A DNA stretch of 64,000 nucleotides from Candidatus Sungiibacteriota bacterium (GTDB lineage Bacteria > Patescibacteriota > Minisyncoccia > Sungbacterales > JACQCQ01): positions 76,750-140,749 of the forward strand of contig JACQCQ010000002.1 of the NCBI GenBank assembly GCA_016201505.1, in the 5' to 3' direction. Under the pieces are notes generated by a model. The model searched no databases. It was not told where the DNA came from and saw only the letters and a list, made by a program, of their open reading frames with translations. Below are positions 19,540-28,862 of the stretch, piece by piece. Position 1 is the first letter of the stretch, and each line of letters opens with the position of its first letter. Both the position numbers and the translations under genes were made by a program.

Positions 19540-20856
19540 AATCACAATCGCAATCGTCTTTAAAAGAATTAAGAGATCCAGCGCAATCGAGCGGTGCGCG
19601 ATGTAGTAGAGCTCATACTGCAACTTCTTGTAGGCGTCTTGAACTGAAGCGTAGTAGTATGGTGGATTAATCTGCGCCCAGCCGGTGAGGCCAGGCAGGG
19701 CGATATGGCGAATATCGTAGAAAGGAATTTCCTTTCGCAGGGGCTCGACAAATTCCGGCCGTTCGGGGCGCGGACCGACAAACGAAAGATTGCCCTGAAG
19801 CACTGCAATTAACTGCGGCAGCTCGTCAATGCGCGTAACCCGCAAAAATTTTCCGACGCGCGTGACTCGGGGGTCATTTTCACCGGCCCACTTGGCGCCG
19901 TTCTGTTCGGCATCAGCAATCATGGAACGGAATTTATAAATTTTAAACAACCTGCCATAACGTCCAACGCGCGTCTGGCCATAGAAAATCGGACCAGGAG
20001 AGTCGAGTCGGATAAGTATCGCCAGAATCGGCGTCGCCAAAGCTGTGGGAATGAGCAAAATTAAAGCGGCGATAATATCAACCAGCCGCTTGAAGAGATC
20101 AAAAACCAGGCGCTTGGTCGCCATAGGATTTTCAAGAAACCACTGCTCCGTGATGAGCGAAATCGGAATCCGCCCCGTATTTTCCTCATAAAACTTGGCA
20201 AAATTTGCTATACGGACACCAAGCGGGATGAGTTCTACGAGTCTTTTGGCGATCGCGCCGTTGGCCGCAACTTGGGGTGAGACAACGACCAGCGAGATTT
20301 TATCTTGTAAAACAAATTCTTTTAAATTTTCAGGAATCGGCGCGGCGTCATCCATAATCTCTGTCACGCGGTAGCCGAGTGCCACATTCTTTTTAAGAGC
20401 ACTAGCGAGCTCAAGTACTTCATCGGTAATTCCCAAAAACAAAACGGACTCGCGCGGGATGGATTTGAATAGCGAGGCAATGATTTGCCGCCAGATAATG
20501 ACCAACATGGCGGAAAGCGCCAGAACCGCGAATAAGTTGAGTTTTGGCGCAATGCCAAAAAATGGAATGAAGTAAAACAAAATAACGCCGACCAGCGCGT
20601 TGATGGTGAAGGCGAGGAGAATGCGCTGGATGAAATCGGCCGCCGAAGAACGAATGATTTCGTAGAGCCCCAAGATGTAAAAAACAATCGCCCAAAAGAA
20701 AAAAAGGATTGAGAAGGGGAGCGCGTGGATGCGGATAGGCAAACCCGTCTCAAGTCCGGCGTAACGAATGAAAAGTACGGCGAAAAGGGAGATATAAAAA
20801 GCTACCAAATCTCCCAGCAGGAGTATCAATTTTCTGGTGTCAGTTGATTGGCTCAT
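19522..20856 (-). CDS. Polyprenyl-phosphate sugar phosphotransferase (WcaJ/WbaP-like)
   Basis: KRLVDI, YKFRSM, RIDELPQL, VGPRPERP and PGLTGWAQI. Confidence 0.92.
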   Translation of the reverse strand: MSQSTDTRKLILLLGDLVAFYISLFAVLFIRYAGLETGLPIRIHALPFSILFFFWAIVFYILGLYEIIRSSAADFIQRILLAFTINALVGVILFYFIPFFGIAPKLNLFAVLALSAMLVIIWRQIIASLFKSIPRESVLFLGITDEVLELASALKKNVALGYRVTEIMDDAAPIPENLKEFVLQDKISLVVVSPQVAANGAIAKRLVELIPLGVRIANFAKFYEENTGRIPISLITEQWFLENPMATKRLVFDLFKRLVDIIAALILLIPTALATPILAILIRLDSPGPIFYGQTRVGRYGRLFKIYKFRSMIADAEQNGAKWAGENDPRVTRVGKFLRVTRIDELPQLIAVLQGNLSFVGPRPERPEFVEPLRKEIPFYDIRHIALPGLTGWAQINPPYYYASVQDAYKKLQYELYYIAHRSIALDLLILLKTIAIVISRAGR

Positions 20857-22014
20857 TTAAAGGCCATATACGGCCCGCGTCTTTTCTAGCATGGTTTGAA
20901 GCGAAAAGTCACGCGCCACCGTCTCATACAGCGCTGCGCCATATTTTTCTCGCAATGAGCTATCTTCCAGTAATTTATCAATGGCTGATGCAAAACTTTT
21001 TGGATCTTTGGGGTTAGTGAGTATACCATTTTCGCCGGAGCGAATGATATCCGGAATGCCGCCCACCTTGGTGGCAACCACCGGCACTCCGGCGAGGCCC
21101 GCTTCTAAGATCGCGTAGGGCAGACCTTCTTTTATCGATGACATAGAAAATATATTGAAGGCTCTTATAAGCCGTGCGGCATCAGGCACAAAACCGGCAA
21201 AAAATACGCGCTGGTTCAGTTTTAGTTGATCAACTATGTGGGTTAATATTTCTTGTTCCTCACCATCGCCGATGATAATAAGTTTGAACATTCCTTTTAC
21301 ATTGGCTGCGGCCTCAAGCAGGGTCTCATAGTCTTTATTTTTCGTCAGCTCACCGTTGGCGCCGATCCAGACCTCGTCCGATAGAGCCGTGATCTCCGCG
21401 CCATATCGCTGGTTTATGATTGTCTGCAGCTCCTTCCGGGCTCCTTCCCGGTCAAGGAATGGTAGATATAACTCAGGATTTACTCCGATAGGAATATAGT
21501 GAATCTTTTTACCGACAAAAGGCATTTGTTTTCCTATAACAAAGTCGCATTTCGTAATCACGATAGTTTTATGCGCCAGCAATGACGTGATCCAGGAAAA
21601 AAACCAAATTATTATCTTTTGCCATCGGGGCCGATCTTCTAAAAACGTCCAGCCGTGAACGGTAACAATGATACGGGACACACCGAGCATTCGTCCGGCC
21701 AGCGCCCCCAGGCCGGCCATTTTGGCGCTATTGGCATGCAGGACATCGGGCCGCAATGTTTTTAAAACTTGATAGATCTTGGTGAAAACACGGTATTCGG
21801 AGCTTCGGATGTCTCGCTCTAATCCCCCGATTGTTTCAACGCGGATATTTTTTTCTTGCAGTTGGTTTGCCAGCAGACCCCACTCACCCAGAACTACCGA
21901 GATTTGGTTCTTGCGACCCCCAAAATGGCTCGCTAAAGTAAACACATAGCGCTGTGCCCCTCCCCAGGTGCCTTTGGTGATGGCAAACACAATGTGTGTA
22001 CGCCCTTTTTGCAT
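20857..22014 (-). CDS. Glycosyltransferase family 4
   Basis: GGAQRYV, TVHG and EGLPYAILEA (EX7E). Confidence 0.9.
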   Translation of the reverse strand: MQKGRTHIVFAITKGTWGGAQRYVFTLASHFGGRKNQISVVLGEWGLLANQLQEKNIRVETIGGLERDIRSSEYRVFTKIYQVLKTLRPDVLHANSAKMAGLGALAGRMLGVSRIIVTVHGWTFLEDRPRWQKIIIWFFSWITSLLAHKTIVITKCDFVIGKQMPFVGKKIHYIPIGVNPELYLPFLDREGARKELQTIINQRYGAEITALSDEVWIGANGELTKNKDYETLLEAAANVKGMFKLIIIGDGEEQEILTHIVDQLKLNQRVFFAGFVPDAARLIRAFNIFSMSSIKEGLPYAILEAGLAGVPVVATKVGGIPDIIRSGENGILTNPKDPKSFASAIDKLLEDSSLREKYGAALYETVARDFSLQTMLEKTRAVYGL

Positions 22015-22086
22015 ATGGCTAGTCTATCATTTAAAACCACACAATCAGGCAAAAAGTTATCCGTTAACGTTCAAGCACCCGGAGGC

Positions 22087-22222
22087 AAAATCCGAAACAC
22101 GAAACACGAAATCCTAAACAAATTCCAATAGCTAAAATCAAAAATACAAAATGTCGTTTTAGATTTATTGCCTTAAAATTGAGATATTGTTTCGTATTTC
22201 GGATTTAGAATTTAAGATTTTC
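22087..22222. repeat. Inverted arrays of degenerate 7-mers with no ORF between them
   Basis: AAATCCGAAACACGAAACACGAAATCCTAAAC ... GTTTCGTATTTCGGATTTAGAATTTAAGATTT. Confidence 0.7.
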
Positions 22223-22239
22223 TGATGTACTATGCCTGT

Positions 22240-23172
22240 ATGCAAGAAAATGTCACTTTAGCACCGCATACAACCTATGGCATTGGCGGGCCGGCGCGAT
22301 TTTTTAGGGAAGCAGAAACCCCCGATCAAATCATCAACTCAATTCAATTTGCCAGAAAGAAGTCGTTGCCCTTTTTTCTTTTGGGCGCGGGATCAAACGT
22401 TTTAGTTTCTGACGAGGGATTTCCCGGGGTGGTCATTAAAATTAAAGATGCTCAGGTACGCGTTGAAGGGAATACGATCATTGCGGGGCCCGGCATAATG
22501 ATGGCGCGGCTTGTGCACACGGCGGTGGCGGCGGGATTATCAGATATTGAATGGGCCATCGGTGTTCCAGGGACGCTCGGCGGATCAATTCGCGGGAACG
22601 CAGCCTGCTTTGGCGGCGAGACGGCCGCCAGGCTCGATTCAGTTGAAATCTATGACGCGCGATTGGATGAGACTCGCACGATACCGGCAAAGATGTGTGA
22701 ATTTGGCTACAAAGACAGCATTTTTAAACGTCGTCCCGCATGGGTCATTCTGTCCGCGCGGCTTGTTCTGCCCAATGGCGATATACCCGTCTCGTATCAA
22801 AAGATTCTCGAACATTCGCGGGTGCGGACGGTGTCTCAATCTATCGGCCCGAAATCCGCCGGCTGTGTGTTTAAGAATATTCCCTGGTCGCGGAAAGATA
22901 TCGAACGCACCAAGATTTTAATGCTACACCCGGAATTGGCCCAGTTTATGAATCTGCCCGAGATTCCGGCCTCCTTTTGTCTCGATCGTTCGGGAATGAA
23001 GCGCGAGCGCATCGGAGCCGTCGAAGTGAGCCCGGTTCACGCCAATTATTTTTTAAACCACGGCGGTGCTTCGGCCGAAGAAATTATGATGATGATTGGG
23101 GTTGCCAAAGATCGGGTAAGAAGAACCTTCGGCCTTGAGCTCGAAGAAGAAATCGCCAAAGTCGGATTTTAG
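22240..23172 (+). CDS. murB: UDP-N-acetylmuramate dehydrogenase
   Basis: GIGGPA, LGAGSNVL, PGTLGG, SAGCVFKN and HANYFLN. Confidence 0.95.
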   Translation: MQENVTLAPHTTYGIGGPARFFREAETPDQIINSIQFARKKSLPFFLLGAGSNVLVSDEGFPGVVIKIKDAQVRVEGNTIIAGPGIMMARLVHTAVAAGLSDIEWAIGVPGTLGGSIRGNAACFGGETAARLDSVEIYDARLDETRTIPAKMCEFGYKDSIFKRRPAWVILSARLVLPNGDIPVSYQKILEHSRVRTVSQSIGPKSAGCVFKNIPWSRKDIERTKILMLHPELAQFMNLPEIPASFCLDRSGMKRERIGAVEVSPVHANYFLNHGGASAEEIMMMIGVAKDRVRRTFGLELEEEIAKVGF

Positions 23173-23262
23173 AAACCACAAATCTCTACAAATTTCTGCA
23201 CTAAGATATACGAAAACTATTTGTACAGTTTTCGTTTTTAATTTTTTGTAATGCTTTGTGGC
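23172..23262. repeat. AT-rich imperfect hairpin element, related in inverted orientation to 23969-24058
   Basis: GAAACCACAAATCT...TTTGTGGC versus GCCACGAA...AGATTTGTGGTTTC. Confidence 0.65.
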
Positions 23263-23440
23263 GACTCTAGTAGTTATCCACACTTGCAATGAAATGCCCA
23301 TCTGTTAAACTGAAGTCAGTTTTTGCTTTCTCAACGTTCCAGAAATTTTATTACAGCGAAGTGCAACAAGCACCCGTGTACATGCGGTGGTCGGCGTGTA
23401 CTAATATCGGCAAGTGACGTGTCGTCGCTCGCATACCTAG

Positions 23441-23494
23441 ATGGCAAAGAAAAAAGCAGCAAAGAAAAAGAAAGGCGGAAAGAGACGCAGATAA
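23441..23494 (+). CDS. 17-aa Lys/Arg-rich micropeptide MAKKKAAKKKKGGKRRR
   Basis: ATG..TAA read directly; strong terminator follows; below the ORF-track cutoff. Confidence 0.6.
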   Translation: MAKKKAAKKKKGGKRRR

Positions 23495-23500
23495 GCCTTA

Positions 23501-23534
23501 AAAACAGCCCTGCCGATGGTGGGGCTGTTTTTTT
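23501..23534 (+). terminator. Intrinsic terminator
   Basis: AAAACAGCCC...GGGCTGTTTTTTT. Confidence 0.8.
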
Positions 23535-23579
23535 GAGCCGCTTGAGAAGGATGCCGAGTTTATAGATAATAAAGGCACC

Positions 23580-23969
23580 ATGCGCTATCAATTAAAATTT
23601 ACCAAGGTTGATCCGACCCTTTCTCTCAAGGAGTACGCCGAGGAGAAACTCGTCTCCGTTTTAGAAAAACACCTGGGCGCGGGCGAAGATCCCTGGCGGT
23701 TTTTAATCGAAGTCGGCAGAAACACGATGCACCATCGGAAAGGCGAGATCTGGTTTGCGGAAGTAACCGGTTCCTCTCCCTTCGGCCAAATTCGCGTGCG
23801 TGAAGAAGCCAGTGAAATCCATGAGGCCATCGATTTAGCTGAAGCGGAACTCAAGACTAAACTGACGAAGTCAAAGGAAAAAATTACCACACGAGGAATT
23901 CGCGCCGCGCGCCGCGTGAAAGACATGATGCGTCTCTCGCGTCTTGTCAGATTTTTTAGGAGAAAATAG
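23580..23969 (+). CDS. hpf: Ribosome hibernation factor HPF/RaiA family
   Basis: SLKEYAEEKL, EVGR..HHRKG..FAEV and IHEAID pattern. Confidence 0.8.
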   Translation: MRYQLKFTKVDPTLSLKEYAEEKLVSVLEKHLGAGEDPWRFLIEVGRNTMHHRKGEIWFAEVTGSSPFGQIRVREEASEIHEAIDLAEAELKTKLTKSKEKITTRGIRAARRVKDMMRLSRLVRFFRRK

Positions 23970-24058
23970 CCACGAATACTTACAAAAAGCTATACGAAAC
24001 AAAACAAAACTTTTTGTATATATTTGTAAAAACAATTTTTGTACAGATTTGTGGTTTC
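23969..24058. repeat. AT-rich imperfect hairpin element, second copy
   Basis: Inverted relative of 23172-23262. Confidence 0.65.
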
Positions 24059-24113
24059 CAGAGTTATCCACCATTGAAATTCTTTGGCAATCTTGTCAAA
24101 ATGAATAGCAGAG

Positions 24114-24581
24114 ATGAAATCTTCAAACGCGACCACCAACTTTGGTCTCCATCTGACAATCGATGGATATAATGGAGACGCGACGAAGCTCAACAGTATG
24201 GAGCACGTTTTCAAGGTCCTTGATGATTTACCTTCGTTTCTGGCAATGACGAAGCTAATCACACCCTATGTGGTCGCAGCCCCGGGCAATGACAAAAAAG
24301 ACCCAGGGGGATATTCGGGGTTTGTCATGATCCAGGAGTCCCATATTTCAGTTCATACCTTTCCTAAACGTCGATTTGTATCCATAGATGTCTACTCGTG
24401 CAAAAATTTTGATACGGGTAAGACCAAAGAGTACTTAACGAAGGCTTTTGGGCTCGGCGAGTGCGAAACGAACATCATCGTTCGCGGCACGCGCTATCCG
24501 ACCGAAAATGCTTCTCGAAGGGGAAATGGCGAAAAGTTTACACATCCTCGCGGATCTCTACAACTGCAACGGCGAGGCTAA
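24114..24581 (+). CDS. Pyruvoyl-dependent decarboxylase, AdoMetDC class 1B fold (copy 1)
   Basis: FGLHLTIDGY, GGYSGFVMIQESHISVHTFP and DVYSC. Confidence 0.88.
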   Translation: MKSSNATTNFGLHLTIDGYNGDATKLNSMEHVFKVLDDLPSFLAMTKLITPYVVAAPGNDKKDPGGYSGFVMIQESHISVHTFPKRRFVSIDVYSCKNFDTGKTKEYLTKAFGLGECETNIIVRGTRYPTENASRRGNGEKFTHPRGSLQLQRRG

Positions 24582-24900
24582 GTATCTCTCAAACGTAAAA
24601 GTTATAAAAGAAAAAGTCCTGGAGATGATCAGACGATCCGGGTTTACGGTCGTCGATTCGCGTTTTCATAAATTTGCACCCGGGACCAATGCAACAGATG
24701 GAGGCATCACGGGCGTGATCGTCGTCTCGGAATCTCATGCCGCCATACACACTTGGCCCGAGAAAGGGTTTGTAAATATCGATATCTTTTTTTGTAGCTA
24801 TTCGCGCGATAATTCAAAAAAGACCGAAAAGATTTTTAAGAAATTAACTGACCTCTATAAGCCCCGGAAGATGCGCCGCCGCGACGTCTGGCGGGATTAA
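24526..24900 (+). CDS. speD: S-adenosylmethionine decarboxylase proenzyme-like (copy 2)
   Basis: HILADLYNC, GITGVIVVSESHAAIHTWPE and DIFFC; ATG 24526 follows GAAGGGGA. Confidence 0.85.
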   Translation: MAKSLHILADLYNCNGEAKYLSNVKVIKEKVLEMIRRSGFTVVDSRFHKFAPGTNATDGGITGVIVVSESHAAIHTWPEKGFVNIDIFFCSYSRDNSKKTEKIFKKLTDLYKPRKMRRRDVWRD

Positions 24901-24960
24901 ACAAATCCCCCCGCGCGGGGTCTGTTTTTTAAGCCTCATCTAGGCTACAATAGCCCAGTT

Positions 24961-27651
24961 ATGGCTTGGTTTTCAGCCATTTTAGGGAACGCCAATCTCC
25001 GGGTCGTAAAAGACCTCGAGCCTTTGGTTGTGGATATTAATGCGCGTGAAGCTGATTTTGAAAAACTATCCGACGCCGAGCTACAAGCAAAAACAGTTGA
25101 ATTTAAAAAACGTATCGAGGCTGGAGAACTTTTAAATGATCTGCTCCCGGAAGCTTTTGCCGCAGTCCGCGAGGCTTCGAAGCGCACGCTCGGTCAAAGG
25201 CACTTTGATGTCCAATTGATGGGAGGCGCCGTTTTACATCAGGGCCGAATTGCTGAAATGCGCACCGGAGAAGGCAAGACGCTGGTGGCGACGCTGCCCA
25301 GCTATTTAAACGCGCTTTCGGGTAACGGCGTCCACATCGTGACCGTGAACGATTATCTTTCGCGGCGCGATGCTGTTTGGATGGGCCAAATTTATGCGGC
25401 TCTCGGCCTTTCGACCGCCGTCATCAATCACGATACTTCCTATATATATGATACGAGCGCCGAAGCCGAAGCCGAGGACGCGAAGCGCGACTTGATCGGC
25501 GGGTTTAAAATTGTCTATGATTTCCTGCGCCCCGTCACCAGACAAGAAGCTTACCGCGCCGATATCACCTACGGCACCAATAACGAGTACGCCTTTGATT
25601 ATCTGCGTGACAACATGGTCTATGCCGCAGCCGATAAAAGGCAGCGGGGGTTTACCTACGCCATCGTTGATGAAGTGGATTCGATTTTAATTGATGAAGC
25701 TCGCACCCCGCTCATCATTTCAGCCCCCGATGAAGAATCGGGCGAGCTCTATAAAACATTCTCGCGCATTGTCCCAAGACTAAAACGCGACGCCGACTAT
25801 ACGGTTGATGAAAAATTAAGAGCCGTCTCGCTCACCGAGCCGGGAATTGATAAGTTAGAGGAAATTTTAGGCAAAAAATTGTATGAGGGCGGGCATGAGG
25901 CTGAATCGATGCGGCTCGTGCATCATGTGGAGCAGGCTTTGAAGGCCGAGACTTTATTTTTGCGTGATCGCGATTACGTCCTCACTAAGGGCGAGGTCAT
26001 TATCGTTGATGAGTTTACCGGCCGTCTCATGCCGGGGCGGAGATGGTCGGAGGGACTGCATCAGGCGATTGAAGCTAAAGAAAGCGTCGAGGTCCAGAAA
26101 GAGTCGAGAACACTCGCGACCGTCACCTTCCAAAATTATTTCCGTATGTATAAGAAACTGGCCGGCATGACGGGAACCGCAGCCACCAACGCCGAGGAGT
26201 TCCATAAAGTCTATAATCTCGATGTCGTCACCATCCCGACGCACCGAGAAAATGTTCGGCAGGATCTAGCAGATCTGGTATTTCGCACCGAGAAGGGAAA
26301 ATTTCTGGCGCTCGCCCGGAAAATCAAATCTTTAAATGAAGCTGGCGCGCCGGTTTTAATCGGCACCGTCTCAATTGAAAAAAACGAGCGGCTTGCAGAA
26401 GTTTTAAAACGCGAAGGCGTGCCGCATGAAATTTTAAATGCTAAAAATCATGAAAAAGAAGCCGAAGTCATCGCCCAAGCCGGTGCGCCGGGCGCGGTGA
26501 CCGTTGCCACCAACCTCGCCGGCCGGGGCGTCGACATTATTTTAGGCGGCAATCCTCCCGCGTCGGAGGACGCGGAAAAAGTAAAAAACCTCGGCGGGCT
26601 GCATGTTTTTGGCACCGAGCGGCATGAGGCGCGGCGCATCGATAATCAGTTACGCGGCCGTTCAGGCCGGCAGGGCGATCCCGGAGCAACTCAATTTTAT
26701 CTCTCGCTCGATGACGATTTAATGCGTATCTTCGGCTCGGGTCGTATTAAGAAGATGATGGAGAGTTTTGGCATCCCCGAAGATGAGCCGATTGAAAATA
26801 AAATGGTCTCGAAAGCCATCGAGTCGGCGCAGGCCAAAATCGAAGGCTTCCATTTTGATGCCAGAAAACATGTCTTGGAATTTGACGACGTGATGAACCG
26901 GCAACGCGAGGCGATTTATCGCCTGCGGTCTGAAATCTTAGAGTCGGGCGAGGATAAGGAAAAACTGCAGAAGCGCGTATTTAGCATGATCGATGAAGAG
27001 GCGAGTATTATTTTAAATAATTATTTAAACGCTGAAGATTTAAACCAAGGCATTGATGAATTAAAACAGTTTATGCAGGTCTTTTTGCCGGAAGAAACTG
27101 ATCTTAATAAATTTGATGAGTTAAAAGAATTAAATAGCGGAGAACTATTTGATTCGGCGCGAGAGCTGGTAGCGGGGAAGTTGAAAAATGCCTATCAAAA
27201 TAAAGCAGCGAAATTCGGCGAGGGATTTATGACCACCGTGCGCGCATCTCTGCTTCAGACGATTGACATGTTCTGGATGGATCACTTAACGACCATGGAT
27301 CATTTGCGCGACTCGGTCCGCCTTCGGGCCTACGGCCAGCGCGATCCGCTGGTGGAATACAAAAATGAATCGGTGCGACTTTTTCGAATGTTGCAGGGGA
27401 CAATTCGCCAATATGCCCTACAGATTATCTTCCGCATCGGAAATGTTGAGCGGCAAGCAGCGGGAGACAAGAGACAAGCGGCTCAACCTTCGCAGAATTT
27501 GATATTCGAGTCAGCAAAAAATCAGAATCCAGAATCAGGAATTAATAATCAGGGAATGGAACGTCCCGCCTCCGCTAAAGCCCTGGCGGGCCGGAATGAT
27601 CCATGTCCCTGTGGAAGCGGTAAAAAATATAAGAGATGTCACGGGGCTTAA
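24961..27651 (+). CDS. secA: Preprotein translocase ATPase
   Basis: MRTGEGKTL, DEVDSILIDEARTPLIISA, QLRGRSGRQGDPG and the SEC-C motif GRNDPCPCGSGKKYKRCHG. Confidence 0.98.
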   Translation: MAWFSAILGNANLRVVKDLEPLVVDINAREADFEKLSDAELQAKTVEFKKRIEAGELLNDLLPEAFAAVREASKRTLGQRHFDVQLMGGAVLHQGRIAEMRTGEGKTLVATLPSYLNALSGNGVHIVTVNDYLSRRDAVWMGQIYAALGLSTAVINHDTSYIYDTSAEAEAEDAKRDLIGGFKIVYDFLRPVTRQEAYRADITYGTNNEYAFDYLRDNMVYAAADKRQRGFTYAIVDEVDSILIDEARTPLIISAPDEESGELYKTFSRIVPRLKRDADYTVDEKLRAVSLTEPGIDKLEEILGKKLYEGGHEAESMRLVHHVEQALKAETLFLRDRDYVLTKGEVIIVDEFTGRLMPGRRWSEGLHQAIEAKESVEVQKESRTLATVTFQNYFRMYKKLAGMTGTAATNAEEFHKVYNLDVVTIPTHRENVRQDLADLVFRTEKGKFLALARKIKSLNEAGAPVLIGTVSIEKNERLAEVLKREGVPHEILNAKNHEKEAEVIAQAGAPGAVTVATNLAGRGVDIILGGNPPASEDAEKVKNLGGLHVFGTERHEARRIDNQLRGRSGRQGDPGATQFYLSLDDDLMRIFGSGRIKKMMESFGIPEDEPIENKMVSKAIESAQAKIEGFHFDARKHVLEFDDVMNRQREAIYRLRSEILESGEDKEKLQKRVFSMIDEEASIILNNYLNAEDLNQGIDELKQFMQVFLPEETDLNKFDELKELNSGELFDSARELVAGKLKNAYQNKAAKFGEGFMTTVRASLLQTIDMFWMDHLTTMDHLRDSVRLRAYGQRDPLVEYKNESVRLFRMLQGTIRQYALQIIFRIGNVERQAAGDKRQAAQPSQNLIFESAKNQNPESGINNQGMERPASAKALAGRNDPCPCGSGKKYKRCHGA

Positions 27652-27654
27652 ATT

Positions 27655-28263
27655 ATGATTACTGACTTACAGAAAATTAACGAAGAGGAGATGTTGAAAA
27701 ATTGGGCTTTGGCGGAGGTGTCGAGTGTCAGAAGGCAGAAATATCTAAGCGACATACTTCCCGAAAGTTTGATTCAGAAAATATCGCAAGAAGGGTACGA
27801 GTTTACGCAAGGTGAATGGAAACGACTTATAGAAATGATACGATCTACCCGGTCGCAATTGCTAAATGGTTTACTTCAACTGGATATGGAGTGGCACGAG
27901 GGAAAATTGCCGATACAAGAATTAAAGGACTTAGAGATGATGAACTGGCCGCCATTCGTAAATTTGGCAGGATCTAAAAGGTTTTTAGACCTCGTCAACA
28001 CCTTCCGAAATGGAAAGATGCCACCGAACCACCACGAATTTGCAGAGAATCTGGGACGCATACGAAAAGAACTGAAAATTGAGAATATGAAAGGTAAGCC
28101 GATTGTATTGAGCCGAAGCAGTGAGCCACCATACATTTTAGTCGAAGGATTTACACGATTATCTGCAATGCTAATGAATATACTTGACGGAAAATCGTAC
28201 GGAACGGATGTTCCTGTAATTCTAGGAGTAAGCAAGCAACTGGATGAATGGGAGTACGCTTAA
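27655..28263 (+). CDS. Hypothetical protein, weak ParB/Srx-like motif
   Basis: 202-aa ORF with PIVL...YILVEGFTRL; AT-richer than neighbours. Confidence 0.5.
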   Translation: MITDLQKINEEEMLKNWALAEVSSVRRQKYLSDILPESLIQKISQEGYEFTQGEWKRLIEMIRSTRSQLLNGLLQLDMEWHEGKLPIQELKDLEMMNWPPFVNLAGSKRFLDLVNTFRNGKMPPNHHEFAENLGRIRKELKIENMKGKPIVLSRSSEPPYILVEGFTRLSAMLMNILDGKSYGTDVPVILGVSKQLDEWEYA

Positions 28264-28396
28264 AAAGCGTTGCCAAGTATAAATTTATCCGCATGACATT
28301 TTCTATAATTAGACAAATCCGAGAGTGTCGCAGCAGGGAAAACGGCTTAAAATAAGGAAAATCCGTGCGTGACAGTATTTAAAGTGTAAAAGTGTC

Positions 28397-28861
28397 ATGG
28401 AAAGTAAAAATAAAAAGGTCATGGTCGCAGTTTCCGGCGGATTTGACCCGGTGCATATTGGGCATGTTCGGATGTTTTGCGAGGCGCGAAAACTCGGAGA
28501 CTCCCTCGTTGTCATATTGAATAACGATCATTGGTTAAAAAAGAAAAAAGGGTTTAGTTTTATGCCCGAGAAAGAACGCAAAGAGATTCTGGAAAGCTTT
28601 CGCTGGGTGGACAAGGTAGTGCTGACATCCCATCCCCGGAATCCAAAAGATATGAGCGTTTCGCGAGAGTTGTTGAAAATAAAGCCAGCCATTTTTGTGA
28701 ACGGCGGCGACCGCAATCAGCATAATACGCCAGAAAACGAGGTCTGCAAGCAAATTGGCTGCCGCATAGTATTCGGAGTCGGGCGGGGCGGCAAGGTGCA
28801 GTCAAGCTCCTGGTTGCTTGGAAAACATTTAGGAAGGCATAAAGTAGGTAAGAAAAATTAG
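28397..28861 (+). CDS. Cytidylyltransferase family (TagD/RfaE-II-like)
   Basis: SGGFDPVHIGH (HxGH), NGGDR and QSSS. Confidence 0.88.
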   Translation: MESKNKKVMVAVSGGFDPVHIGHVRMFCEARKLGDSLVVILNNDHWLKKKKGFSFMPEKERKEILESFRWVDKVVLTSHPRNPKDMSVSRELLKIKPAIFVNGGDRNQHNTPENEVCKQIGCRIVFGVGRGGKVQSSSWLLGKHLGRHKVGKKN

Positions 28862-28862
28862 C

